Shown piece after piece: positions 9,744 to 20,077 of a DNA stretch of 50,512 bases; the stretch's first letter is position 1; the number at the start of each line of letters is the position of its first letter. The stretch spans positions 1-50,512 of the forward strand of contig JBHHXT010000013.1 in assembly GCA_046757165.1 (NCBI GenBank). Reading direction: 5' to 3'. A program made the position numbers and the translations under genes. Origin of the DNA: a bacterium. GTDB lineage: Bacteria > Zhuqueibacterota > Zhuqueibacteria > Oceanimicrobiales > Oceanimicrobiaceae. A model generated the notes under the pieces. It ran no database searches. It saw only the letters and a list, made by a program, of their open reading frames with translations, and was not told where the DNA came from.

Positions 9744-9819
9744 GACTCTTATGGTGCCAAGAATAGCCGGACCCGTTATGACTTCTCATTTTTGCTTCCT
9801 CGAACAGTGCTCTGGTTTA

Positions 9820-9837
9820 TTGCAAAAGATATGCCAA
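9820..9837 (-). promoter_or_regulatory. Sigma54 (-24/-12) promoter for the TonB-dependent receptor
   Basis: Minus strand reads TTGGCATATCTTTTGCAA, with exact GG-N10-GC spacing and TGGCA/TTGCA elements, about 75 bp upstream of the ORF. Confidence 0.7.
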
Positions 9838-10091
9838 CAAAGATTGCATTGTTTGCGACAAATGATAAATTAGACCGATTGTGGTTTTCGAAGCAACCGC
9901 TGACAGTCGAGAATCTCAAGTCCTGTCAAATTAATGATTAAGTTGCCGGAGCCTAGTCAAGCATACGCTCCATTTCTTCAAAAGTTCATGGAGCCGAATG
10001 GAGCACTTGGAGGCGCTGAGTGCAAAAATGTTCCGCCTCGAGGTAAATAATTGCACAGTCTAGGCTATGATCTGCTTAAAAGTTTGCCAGT

Positions 10092-11366
10092 ATGTTTGAA
10101 AAAGATACACATAGCTATTTGAACGGACTCCGTCGCTTCGGCTGGAAGCTGGGGTTGCACAACATTGCGGCGTTGTTGTCTTCACTTGGCAATCCACACC
10201 AAGATTACCCTTGTGTTCATGTCGCCGGAACCAACGGCAAGGGGAGTACGGTGGCGATGCTCGAGGCGATCTTCCGGCAAGGGGGCCACAAAACCGGCAT
10301 GTTTACCTCCCCTCATCTGCAACAGGTGGAAGAGAGAATCCGCATCAACGGGCAGCCCATTTCAGAAATGCGACTTGCGAACTACCTTGTCGATATGAGA
10401 CCGGTGATCGACCGGCTGGGCTGTACGTACTTTGAAGCGCTCACAGCCATTGCATTCAAGCATTTTTCGGACAGCCAGGTGGACATCGCTTTTGTCGAAG
10501 TTGGTCTGGGCGGCACCTTTGACGCCACAAACGTTGTCCAGCCTGTGCTGAGTATTATCACGACGATTGATTTTGACCATTGTGAGTATCTTGGTGACAC
10601 TCTCACTAAGATTGCGCAGGAAAAAGCCGGCATCGTCAAGCAGCAGGTCCCCTGTGTCGTTCAGACGCAAACTCTCGAGGTCGACAAACTGCTCGAAGAC
10701 ATCTGCCGGAAGAAGAACGCGCCCATGTATTCATTGCCGGCAATGTGCACGCTTCAGATAAAGGGTCTTTCAGAAGCCGGGTCAACGTTTGACATCATCT
10801 GTGATGATGAAAAACTCAGCGGTCTGCGCCTCTCGCTGGCCGGCGAAACTCAAATCCAAAACGCTGCACTCGCTGTTCTGGTCTGGAGAATTCTGAACAG
10901 ATTGGGTCTAAGAGCTGGAAAAGAGGCGGTTCTCCGTGGTCTTCAAGCGGTGGATTGGTGCGGGCGATTGCAAAAACTGCAGGACCACCCCAAGATCGTC
11001 GTCGATGTGGCCCACAATACTGGCGCAATAAGATCATTGCTCAGAAACCTCCGCCAGGTCTTCACATTCGAGAAGCTCATCATTGTCATAGGGCTACTCG
11101 CGGACAAGAATTATCCCGCAATCACTCAACTAATCTCCGCGGCTGCCGATCACATTTTCGTTGTGACACCACAATCCGATCGCGCCCTGCAAGGGGCCGT
11201 TCTGATGCGCGAATTGCGCGATCGCGTCAAGAGCCATGAAATCTTGGCCGATTTCGACGGAGGCTTCGCGGGCGTCCGCGGGCGTGCCAGTAAAGATGAT
11301 TTGATCTGCGTTACAGGCTCGCACTACGTTGTTGGGGAGTTCTTAAGTTTTTACAAAAAGTCTTGA
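10092..11366 (+). CDS. folC: Folylpolyglutamate synthase / dihydrofolate synthase
   Basis: HVAGTNGKGS, FTSPHL, ERIRING, EVGLGG and DVAHN motifs. Confidence 0.95.
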   Translation: MFEKDTHSYLNGLRRFGWKLGLHNIAALLSSLGNPHQDYPCVHVAGTNGKGSTVAMLEAIFRQGGHKTGMFTSPHLQQVEERIRINGQPISEMRLANYLVDMRPVIDRLGCTYFEALTAIAFKHFSDSQVDIAFVEVGLGGTFDATNVVQPVLSIITTIDFDHCEYLGDTLTKIAQEKAGIVKQQVPCVVQTQTLEVDKLLEDICRKKNAPMYSLPAMCTLQIKGLSEAGSTFDIICDDEKLSGLRLSLAGETQIQNAALAVLVWRILNRLGLRAGKEAVLRGLQAVDWCGRLQKLQDHPKIVVDVAHNTGAIRSLLRNLRQVFTFEKLIIVIGLLADKNYPAITQLISAAADHIFVVTPQSDRALQGAVLMRELRDRVKSHEILADFDGGFAGVRGRASKDDLICVTGSHYVVGEFLSFYKKS

Positions 11367-11391
11367 CAAATTAGATTTTATTTTTTACATT
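11363..11391 (+). promoter_or_regulatory. Sigma70 promoter upstream of rho, overlapping the folC stop codon
   Basis: TTGACA-17 bp-TACATT. Confidence 0.6.
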
Positions 11392-11838
11392 GGATCACGT
11401 TACTTAACCCGGCCAAAAAATTCCCAACTAATTAAGTTCCCGTCATCATAATTTGATCTAAGTACCTATTCGCGATGGCCCCTTTGTTAAAGACGAGAGT
11501 GTTCGGTGGTGTTTTTTTGCAATATAATGAATAATGTGAGTGGCCAGGAGTCGAACTTCCAACCAGAATGAACCAACTTCGCCATGTCATCAAATTCTTG
11601 AAATTTTATTCTCAGGGCACATGTTGCAAGAGTGAATCCTCTTTATTAGCAGGAAAATCTTTGATCAGTTGACCAATCTTACTATATGATCTAACAGACT
11701 TCTTTGAACGTCTACCACTTTAGAATTTTATTTCCACTTCAAATAGATCAGTGAAGCAAGGCCGGAGCAACTCCTTTGGTAACTCCATTAATTGATGGGC
11801 TTAATCAATCGTGAATTCAAAAAAGAAGGACCAATCCT

Positions 11839-13086
<1,248 letters not shown>

Positions 13087-13093
13087 TTTTTTC

Positions 13094-13122
13094 TTGCATT
13101 TAGAGCCAGTGATTCTTATATT
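13094..13122 (+). promoter_or_regulatory. Candidate sigma70 promoter for rpmE2
   Basis: TTGCAT-17 bp-TATATT. AAAGGAG RBS precedes the GTG at 13173. Confidence 0.5.
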
Positions 13123-13172
13123 TCAAATTCCGTTTAGGTAGGATCACGTGTTCTGATGAAAGGAGAAACAAG

Positions 13173-13496
13173 GTGAAATCCGATATTCATCCAGACTATG
13201 ATTTCGTCGTCTTCAAAGATAGCTCGTCTGATTTTGCTTTTCTGACCCGTTCCACAAAGAAATCCAAGGAAAAGATCAAGTGGCAGGATGGCAAAGAATA
13301 TCCCCTGATACTGCTTGAAATCACCAGCGCTTCCCATCCGTTCTTTACCGGCAAGCAGCAATTGATCGACTCAGCGGGCCGCGTGGAAAAGTTCATGCGA
13401 AAGTATGGCATGGCAGAAAAGCAGTCGACCAAGGGAAAGTCAAAGGGGACGAAGGAAGAAAAAGAGAGGAAAGACGAAGCTGCGGCTACTTCTTAG
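13173..13496 (+). CDS. rpmE2: 50S ribosomal protein L31 type B (no Zn-binding cysteines)
   Basis: [25 protein letters not shown] and GRVEKF motifs. No Cys; charged C-terminal tail. Confidence 0.95.
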   Translation: MKSDIHPDYDFVVFKDSSSDFAFLTRSTKKSKEKIKWQDGKEYPLILLEITSASHPFFTGKQQLIDSAGRVEKFMRKYGMAEKQSTKGKSKGTKEEKERKDEAAATS

Positions 13497-13521
13497 CAAG
13501 TCGTTTCGGTTAAAAATGTCG

Positions 13522-13563
13522 AAAACGGGATGTGTGCCATTTCATGGCCCATTCCGTTTTTTT
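13522..13563 (+). terminator. Probable intrinsic terminator after rpmE2
   Basis: Imperfect hairpin aaaacgggatg..gcca/tggc..cattccgtttt ending in a T7 run. Confidence 0.55.
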
Positions 13564-13593
13564 GTATGGTGAATGCTTGGCTCGGGATAGGAC

Positions 13594-14577
13594 ATGAAAA
13601 AACGAAGAATTCAGATAGGGGGGCAAGCGGTTATCGAGGGGGTGATGATGCGCTCAAAGGAGGCGTACTCGGTCGCGGTGCGGCGAAGCGATGGAACCAT
13701 TCTGGTCAGGACGAAACCGTTTGTTTCGTTTGTCCGGAGGTACAAGGTTTTCTCGCTGCCCATCTTACGAGGCGCGTTCGTGCTGCTCGAATCCCTGGTG
13801 TTGGGTGTGAAAGCCTTGACTTTTTCTGGTGATGTTGCAGCTCAGGATGAGAAACGAGACTCGTCCAAAGATGCTCCAGAGAAGGAAAAAATGAAGAGTG
13901 GCAGCGAAAGGAGTATCTGGGCGCAACTGTGGCTTGGGCTTACTGTGGGCTTCTCTTTTGCCGTCGGATTGTTTATCTTTTTCTACGTCCCGCTCATCTT
14001 GACCGATCTGTTGGGCGCCGAGACAGGCCTGGCCTTTAACCTGGTGGATGGGCTTCTGCGGCTGACCATTTTTCTGGCCTATCTCGCTCTGATCACCCTG
14101 ATGAAGGACGTCCGCCGAGTGTTCGAATATCATGGTGCAGAGCACAAGAGTATTTTTGCGTTTGAGACTCAAACGGAGCTCACACCCGCCGCGGCAAGGC
14201 CTCTATCACGCTTTCACCCACGGTGTGGCACGAGTTTCTTGCTCATCGTCATGGTCGTCAGCATTCTTGTTTTCATGTTTTTCGGCAGGCCGGAAAGTAT
14301 TGGCGACAGGTTGCTGCGGCTGACCTTGATCCCCCTGATCGGCGGCATCTCTTATGAGCTCATTCGCCTGTCCGACAGCGGAGCCCGGAGTCGTTTTTGG
14401 CGTCCCTTCATTCTGCCCGGTCTCTGGCTCCAAAGATTGACAACGAAGGAGCCCGATGAGAGTCAACTGGAAGTGGCGATTGTCGCTCTGAAGGCCTCTC
14501 TCGGCCTGGACATTTCAGACGACCCCAAGGTGGTCGTAGAGGAGTCTGCTGCCGTAGAGGTGGAGAAGATGAGTTGA
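13594..14577 (+). CDS. DUF1385 membrane protein (predicted metal-dependent enzyme)
   Basis: IGGQAVIEGVMM, YHGAEHK, HPRCGTSF and LTTKEPD motifs. Usual position next to prfA/prmC. Confidence 0.92.
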   Translation: MKKRRIQIGGQAVIEGVMMRSKEAYSVAVRRSDGTILVRTKPFVSFVRRYKVFSLPILRGAFVLLESLVLGVKALTFSGDVAAQDEKRDSSKDAPEKEKMKSGSERSIWAQLWLGLTVGFSFAVGLFIFFYVPLILTDLLGAETGLAFNLVDGLLRLTIFLAYLALITLMKDVRRVFEYHGAEHKSIFAFETQTELTPAAARPLSRFHPRCGTSFLLIVMVVSILVFMFFGRPESIGDRLLRLTLIPLIGGISYELIRLSDSGARSRFWRPFILPGLWLQRLTTKEPDESQLEVAIVALKASLGLDISDDPKVVVEESAAVEVEKMS

Positions 14578-14611
14578 CGACGACACACAAGCGTGGTTGG
14601 AGATAGGAGCA

Positions 14612-15679
14612 ATGCTGGCGCAACTGCAGAAGATCGAAGATCGTTATGGTGAGCTTTGCGAGCTGTTGATGGACCCGACAGTGACACAAGACCCGAGGAA
14701 GTACACCGAAGTCGCAAAAGAAAAGAGTGGACTGGACAAGACCGTCAAAAAATTGCGCGAATACAAAGAGGTTTTGAAGACCATCGACGAAGATGAGAGC
14801 GTATTGGCCGATGATAGCGATCAGGAGCTAAAGGAGTTGGCGGAGCAGGAGCTCGTCGAGATGCGCGAAAAAAGAGATTTGTTGGAGGACGAGCTAAAGC
14901 TGCTCTTGCTGCCGAAAGATCCGCACGATGCCAAGAACGCTATCGTCGAAATTCGTGCCGGTACCGGCGGCGAGGAAGCAGGCATTTTCGTCGGCGACCT
15001 CTATCGCATGTACACCAGGTTTGCTGAACGCATCAAGTGGAGTCTCGAAATTCTGAGCTCGAATCCGCAAGGCGTCGGGGGGTTCAAGGAAATTATTTTC
15101 ATGCTGAAGGGGGAAGAAGCCTATGGCGTGATGAAGTATGAAAGTGGCGTGCACCGCGTTCAACGAGTCCCAAAAACAGAAGCGAGCGGGCGAATTCATA
15201 CCTCGGCTGCCTCAGTGGCCGTGCTGCCGGAGGCAGAGGAAGTTGAAGTTGACATCGAACCCAACGAGTTGAAAATCGATGTCTACCGGTCTTCTGGTCC
15301 CGGGGGGCAGAGCGTGAACACGACTGACTCGGCGGTCAGAGTCACACATCTGCCGACGGGCATCGTTGTGACGTGCCAGGACGAAAAATCTCAGCACAAA
15401 AATCGGGCGAAAGCGCTGAAGGTGCTCACCGCACGTCTGTTGGAAAAAAAACAGCGCGAAGAGCAGCAAAAGATGGATGCGAGCAGGCGATCGATGGTCA
15501 GCACGGGCGACCGCAGCGCCAAGGTCAGAACGTACAACTTTCCGCAGAGCAGGTTGACCGACCACCGCATCGGCCTGACCCTTTACCGGCTCGACGAAGT
15601 CCTCGATGGGGACTTGTCCGACGTCATCGAGCAGCTCCGACTTGCAGACCAGACAGAACAACTGAAGAAAGCCGGGTGA
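14612..15679 (+). CDS. prfA: Peptide chain release factor 1
   Basis: EIRAGTGGEEA, VPKT (PxT), GPGGQ and RTYNFPQ motifs. ATG at 14612 follows an AGGAG RBS (the ORF track starts at 14597). Confidence 0.97.
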   Translation: MLAQLQKIEDRYGELCELLMDPTVTQDPRKYTEVAKEKSGLDKTVKKLREYKEVLKTIDEDESVLADDSDQELKELAEQELVEMREKRDLLEDELKLLLLPKDPHDAKNAIVEIRAGTGGEEAGIFVGDLYRMYTRFAERIKWSLEILSSNPQGVGGFKEIIFMLKGEEAYGVMKYESGVHRVQRVPKTEASGRIHTSAASVAVLPEAEEVEVDIEPNELKIDVYRSSGPGGQSVNTTDSAVRVTHLPTGIVVTCQDEKSQHKNRAKALKVLTARLLEKKQREEQQKMDASRRSMVSTGDRSAKVRTYNFPQSRLTDHRIGLTLYRLDEVLDGDLSDVIEQLRLADQTEQLKKAG

Positions 15680-15685
15680 CGCCCC

Positions 15686-16612
15686 ATGCTATTTGCTCCA
15701 GGCACCAGGCGCCTCGCGGAGATTCTACACGATTCTGCCGAATACCTGGCGCAAAACGGCATCGAAAATGCGAGGCTAAACGCTGAGCGGCTGCTTGCCC
15801 ACCTCTTGCAGGTGAACCGGCCGCATCTTTATCTTGACTCAGAGCACGACCTCACCACGAGCAAGCTTGAACAACTCGCCAATTTTCTCAGACGTCGAGC
15901 ACGACAGGAACCTTTGCAGCACATCCTGGGGGAGACGGAATTTATGTCTTTGCCGTTCAAAGTGAGTCCTGCTGTGCTCATTCCGCGGCCTGAGACCGAG
16001 GTTCTGGTTGAGGGCGTTCTCAAAAGGTGCGAACAGATGTTTAGCCCTACCACCGATGTCGCGATATTAGATGTAGGCACAGGCTCCGGCTGTATCGCCG
16101 TAAGTCTGGCTAAATATTTGAAAAATGCAGAGGTGACCGCTCTCGATATTTCAGCAGAAGCCTTGCATGCCGCAGCGGCGAACGCGGCCCTTAATCGTGT
16201 GTCGCGTAGAATCAAGTTTGCAAATATCGACTTTTTCCGTAAAGATATTGTGAACCGTTTGTCCGCACAATTCGATGTGGTTGTTTCGAACCCGCCGTAT
16301 GTCTCCGTCGCGGACTTTGACGATTTGCCGGCTGAGGTCAAGCATTTTGAGCCCACCATTGCGCTGCACGATCAGGCAGACGGGCTTCGCTTTTACCGCC
16401 GGATTTCTGAGGTGGCGCGACAACTTCTTAAACCGGTGGGCTTCTGGGCGCTCGAGGTCGGTACTGGACAGGCTCCCGTGGTCCGCGACATGATGCTGAA
16501 GAGTGGGTTCGCACGGGTCAAAGTCAATCAGGATTTGAATGGTATCGACCGCGTCTTGATCTGTGACAGAGATCAGGAGCATCGACATCAACCATTTCTA
16601 TGGAGGAAATGA
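15686..16612 (+). CDS. prmC: Release factor glutamine methyltransferase
   Basis: EPLQHILG, LIPRPETE, LDVGTGSG and SNPPY motifs. Confidence 0.96.
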   Translation: MLFAPGTRRLAEILHDSAEYLAQNGIENARLNAERLLAHLLQVNRPHLYLDSEHDLTTSKLEQLANFLRRRARQEPLQHILGETEFMSLPFKVSPAVLIPRPETEVLVEGVLKRCEQMFSPTTDVAILDVGTGSGCIAVSLAKYLKNAEVTALDISAEALHAAAANAALNRVSRRIKFANIDFFRKDIVNRLSAQFDVVVSNPPYVSVADFDDLPAEVKHFEPTIALHDQADGLRFYRRISEVARQLLKPVGFWALEVGTGQAPVVRDMMLKSGFARVKVNQDLNGIDRVLICDRDQEHRHQPFLWRK

Positions 16613-17998
16613 ATGCTGAAGCAGACAGTTTTTCGGGAATATGACATTCGCGGAATCGCAGACGAAGATTTGACCAGTGAGAATGTGACCCTGCTTGGCA
16701 AGGGCATTGGAACGTTCATGATACGCCAGGGCGCCAAAGTTCTGGTCATTGGTCGGGACGTGCGCCTGTCATCGCAGCGGTTGCGCGATGCGCTGGCCGC
16801 CGGCTTGCGGGCAACAGGAATCAACGTCATCGACATCGGCATTTGTCTGACGCCGGTCAACTATTTCGCCATCTTGCATCTGAATGCGGACGGCGGCGTC
16901 ATGATTACGGGCAGCCACAATCCAATCGAATACAACGGCTTCAAAATATCCGCCACAGGCGTGGCTCCGGTATATGGTGAGCAGATCCAACAAATCAGGA
17001 AGATTGTCGAGCGTGGTGATTTCGAGGCCGGAGGAGGGGAACTGGTGGAAAAGGATGTTCTCTCGGATTATGTCGCCACGATAAAGTCAAAGCTCACCTT
17101 CAAAAAGAAGCTCAAAATCGTCGTGGATGCGGGCAACGGCACCGCCGGCATTTTGGCTCCGCAACTGTGGCAGGATATGGGGTGTGAAGTGGTGTCGCTC
17201 TACTGCGAACCCGATGGCACATTTCCCAACCATCTGCCTGACCCTACGGTGCTCAAATACGTCGTCGATCTGCAAAAGAAGGTGCTGGAAGTAGGTGCAG
17301 ATGTTGGCATCGGCTATGATGGCGACACGGACCGTGTTGGCGTCATCGATGAAAAGGGGCGGATGATTTTTGCGGATAGGCTTCTGGCCATCCTGAGCCG
17401 CGAAGTCTTGCAGCGCAACCCCGGCGCCGAAATCGTTTTCGACGTCAAATGCTCGCAGGCCTTGCCGGAGGAGATTGAACGGCATGGCGGCAAGCCCCTG
17501 ATGTGGAAGACCGGTCACTCTCTGCTCAAGGCAAAAATGAAACAAGTGAAATCGCCGCTGGCCGGAGAGATGTCCGGGCACATCTTTTATGGCGACGACT
17601 ATTTTGGCTTTGACGATGCCATCTACGTCTCCGGCCGACTGCTGCAAATCCTGTCAAACAGCGGCCTGAAGCTTTCTGAAATCGTTGACGAGATTCCCAC
17701 GTTTGAATCGACGCCGGAAATTCGCATCGAGGCCACGGACGAGGACAAGTTTACCATCGTGGCCGAGCTGGCAGAGCATTTCAAGAAGTCCTATGACGCG
17801 ATCGACATCGACGGTGCCCGGGTGCTTTTTGGGGACGGTTGGGGCCTGGTGCGAGCGTCAAATACGCAACCGGTTCTGGTTTTGCGTTTCGAGGCGAAAA
17901 CCAGGGCGCGCCTGCGGGAAATCATCGACCTGTTCAAGGCGAACCTGCGCGAATATCCTGCCGTGAAGTTTTCGGACAGCGATTTTCAGGTTGCATGA
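16613..17998 (+). CDS. Phosphomannomutase/phosphoglucomutase (AlgC-like)
   Basis: FREYDIRG, TGSHNP phosphoserine loop, DGDTDR metal loop, GEMSGH, RASNT. Confidence 0.95.
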   Translation: MLKQTVFREYDIRGIADEDLTSENVTLLGKGIGTFMIRQGAKVLVIGRDVRLSSQRLRDALAAGLRATGINVIDIGICLTPVNYFAILHLNADGGVMITGSHNPIEYNGFKISATGVAPVYGEQIQQIRKIVERGDFEAGGGELVEKDVLSDYVATIKSKLTFKKKLKIVVDAGNGTAGILAPQLWQDMGCEVVSLYCEPDGTFPNHLPDPTVLKYVVDLQKKVLEVGADVGIGYDGDTDRVGVIDEKGRMIFADRLLAILSREVLQRNPGAEIVFDVKCSQALPEEIERHGGKPLMWKTGHSLLKAKMKQVKSPLAGEMSGHIFYGDDYFGFDDAIYVSGRLLQILSNSGLKLSEIVDEIPTFESTPEIRIEATDEDKFTIVAELAEHFKKSYDAIDIDGARVLFGDGWGLVRASNTQPVLVLRFEAKTRARLREIIDLFKANLREYPAVKFSDSDFQVA

Positions 17999-18228
17999 AC
18001 TACCCAGACGGCATTGGGTCTCCTCACACTCCCGCAATCACAAGTTAGTCGGCAGGGACTGGCGCCAGGTGAGCAGGGATGGACTGAGCAAAACCGAGTT
18101 GACGGATGAATGGTGGAACATCCACCGCAGAATGGATGTTTTAGATCGTATAGATCACATCATGTCCAAAAGTGACAATTATTTGCCTTGAGTTTTTTCA
18201 AAAAAAGATTTAGGTTAAATGACTGTAA

Positions 18229-20064
18229 ATGCGCAATGAAATGAAAACGTGCCTACTCATTCTTTTGGGTTTTTCTTTGGCCATCCCTGCCCTGGCAGGA
18301 GACAAAACCATGCCGGTTTCCGAAATCAAGCCAGGGATGCGCGGGGTCGGGAAAACGGTTTTTTCTGGCGGTGAAATCGAGACGTTCGAATTCGAGGTTC
18401 TGGATATCTTGCCGAATTTTCGCTCCAAGCGTGACTTGATTCTGGTAAAGCTAACCGGTGACAAAGTGCAGTACACCAACGTTGTGGCGGGCATGAGTGG
18501 CAGTCCCATGTATATCGACGACAAGCTTGTCGGTGCTCTGGCCTACCGCATGGGCATTTTCTTGAAAGACCCGATCGCAGGCATTACGCCTATCGAGCAG
18601 ATGTTCGAGGTTTTCGAGCGTGAAAAAGTCCGCAGCGAAGAGTTGGCATCAAATCGTGGCATCAATTGGGACCACGTCGATATGGCGGTGGGCGTTAAAG
18701 ATATCAGGTTGGAGAATTTTATTCCGCCCTATTTTCACCGCTCGGGCGCTGCGAGTTCGAGCGTGGTTCCGCTCGAGTTGCCGCTCCTGTGCTCCGGGTT
18801 CGAGCCGGCCGCTGTGGAGCTCTCGGCCAGGATCTTTGCGGGACTTGGATTCGAAATACGACATGGCGGCGGAACGGTTGCGACTGAGGAGGGCATCGAC
18901 GTCGGGCCGCTTCAGCCCGGCTCTGCGTATTCGGTGGTTCTGGTCGACGGTGATCTGGGGCTGCAAGCGACCGGCACCGTGACCTATGTCGACGGCGCCC
19001 GAGTCATCGGAATGGGGCATCCTTTTCTCAACAGCGGCGCCGTTGGCTTGCCCATGGGAAAGGCCAAGATTCTCACCACGATTTCCAGCATGATGGCTTC
19101 AACCAAAATGTCCGCATTGACTGAAATAGTCGGTACTGTGCATCAAGACCGCACCACCGGTGTGATGGGGATCAGCGGTGAACTCCCGCAGATGATTCCA
19201 TTTCATCTGAGTCTCATCTCAGAAGCGGCCCCGCCGGTAGACTTCAATTTCCGCATTGCCGAGGATCGGAGCTTGCATTCGATCACGCCGCTGGTGTTCA
19301 GCATTATTCTGACCAACGCCCTGGAGTCGGCGCGTTTGTCTGCGAGCAGTCAGACTCTCGAGCTGGAGGGCCAAATCAACCTGAAAGGCCGCGAGCCGAT
19401 TCCGGTGAAGAATTATTTTGCCGGCAGCTCGCCAGTCACGTTTCTGACCGATGCTGTCGAGGCAGCAGGCGAAGTCTCTGCCATTATCGGCGCGTTGCTC
19501 TCCAACAATTTCGAGCCCCCTGAAATCGAGTCCGTGGATTTGAGGTTTGAAGCGTTGCACCAGAAGTACTTCGCTTTTGTGGAGCGCCTGGTCGTCGACC
19601 AGACCGCGGTGAAGCCTGGCGATGAGATTACCGTCACCGCATACCTCAAGGAGTATCAGGGCGAGCGGCACAAAGTTTCACAGACGTTGAAGCTCCCGCA
19701 AAACATTCAGGGCCGGCGAATCAACGTCTTTGCGGGCAGCGGCACCACCTTGACACGGTTGGAGGTGCGCACTTCGCCACAGAAGTTTCGTCCGAAAACC
19801 TTCCAACAACTGATTGAGCTTTTGCACAACAGAAGGAAGAACAACTTTGTTTTCTTCCAGGTCCGGTTGCCGGACAAGGGTATTTTGGTGGAAGGCGAGG
19901 AGCTGCCGGGGTTGCCCCCCTCTATCCTATCCGTGATGCGCTCTCAAAAGTCTTCAGGCAATCTGGCAACGTTGCGCGACCGGGTGTTGGTCGAAGAGCA
20001 GGTCGAGACCCACTACTCCGTTTCCGGAGGGAAGACCGTGTGGTTAAAGATTGAACCCAAATAA
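18229..20064 (+). CDS. Secreted SpoIVB-like peptidase S55 domain protein
   Basis: Signal peptide; PGMRGVGKTVFSG, VVAGMSGSP (catalytic Ser), GITPIEQM and GHPF motifs. Confidence 0.85.
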   Translation: MRNEMKTCLLILLGFSLAIPALAGDKTMPVSEIKPGMRGVGKTVFSGGEIETFEFEVLDILPNFRSKRDLILVKLTGDKVQYTNVVAGMSGSPMYIDDKLVGALAYRMGIFLKDPIAGITPIEQMFEVFEREKVRSEELASNRGINWDHVDMAVGVKDIRLENFIPPYFHRSGAASSSVVPLELPLLCSGFEPAAVELSARIFAGLGFEIRHGGGTVATEEGIDVGPLQPGSAYSVVLVDGDLGLQATGTVTYVDGARVIGMGHPFLNSGAVGLPMGKAKILTTISSMMASTKMSALTEIVGTVHQDRTTGVMGISGELPQMIPFHLSLISEAAPPVDFNFRIAEDRSLHSITPLVFSIILTNALESARLSASSQTLELEGQINLKGREPIPVKNYFAGSSPVTFLTDAVEAAGEVSAIIGALLSNNFEPPEIESVDLRFEALHQKYFAFVERLVVDQTAVKPGDEITVTAYLKEYQGERHKVSQTLKLPQNIQGRRINVFAGSGTTLTRLEVRTSPQKFRPKTFQQLIELLHNRRKNNFVFFQVRLPDKGILVEGEELPGLPPSILSVMRSQKSSGNLATLRDRVLVEEQVETHYSVSGGKTVWLKIEPK

Positions 20065-20077
20065 ACAGAAGGTATGA

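Noticed and set aside
11530..11590. Minus-strand GTTCGACTCC resembling a tRNA T-loop in the rho leader
   Set aside because: The flanks do not form a T-stem, acceptor stem or cloverleaf.
17991..18191. 66-aa ORF and small aacatcca/tggatgtt hairpin between the PMM and S55 genes
   Set aside because: No recognisable protein features, and a single 8-bp stem without a U-tract is not enough to call a feature.
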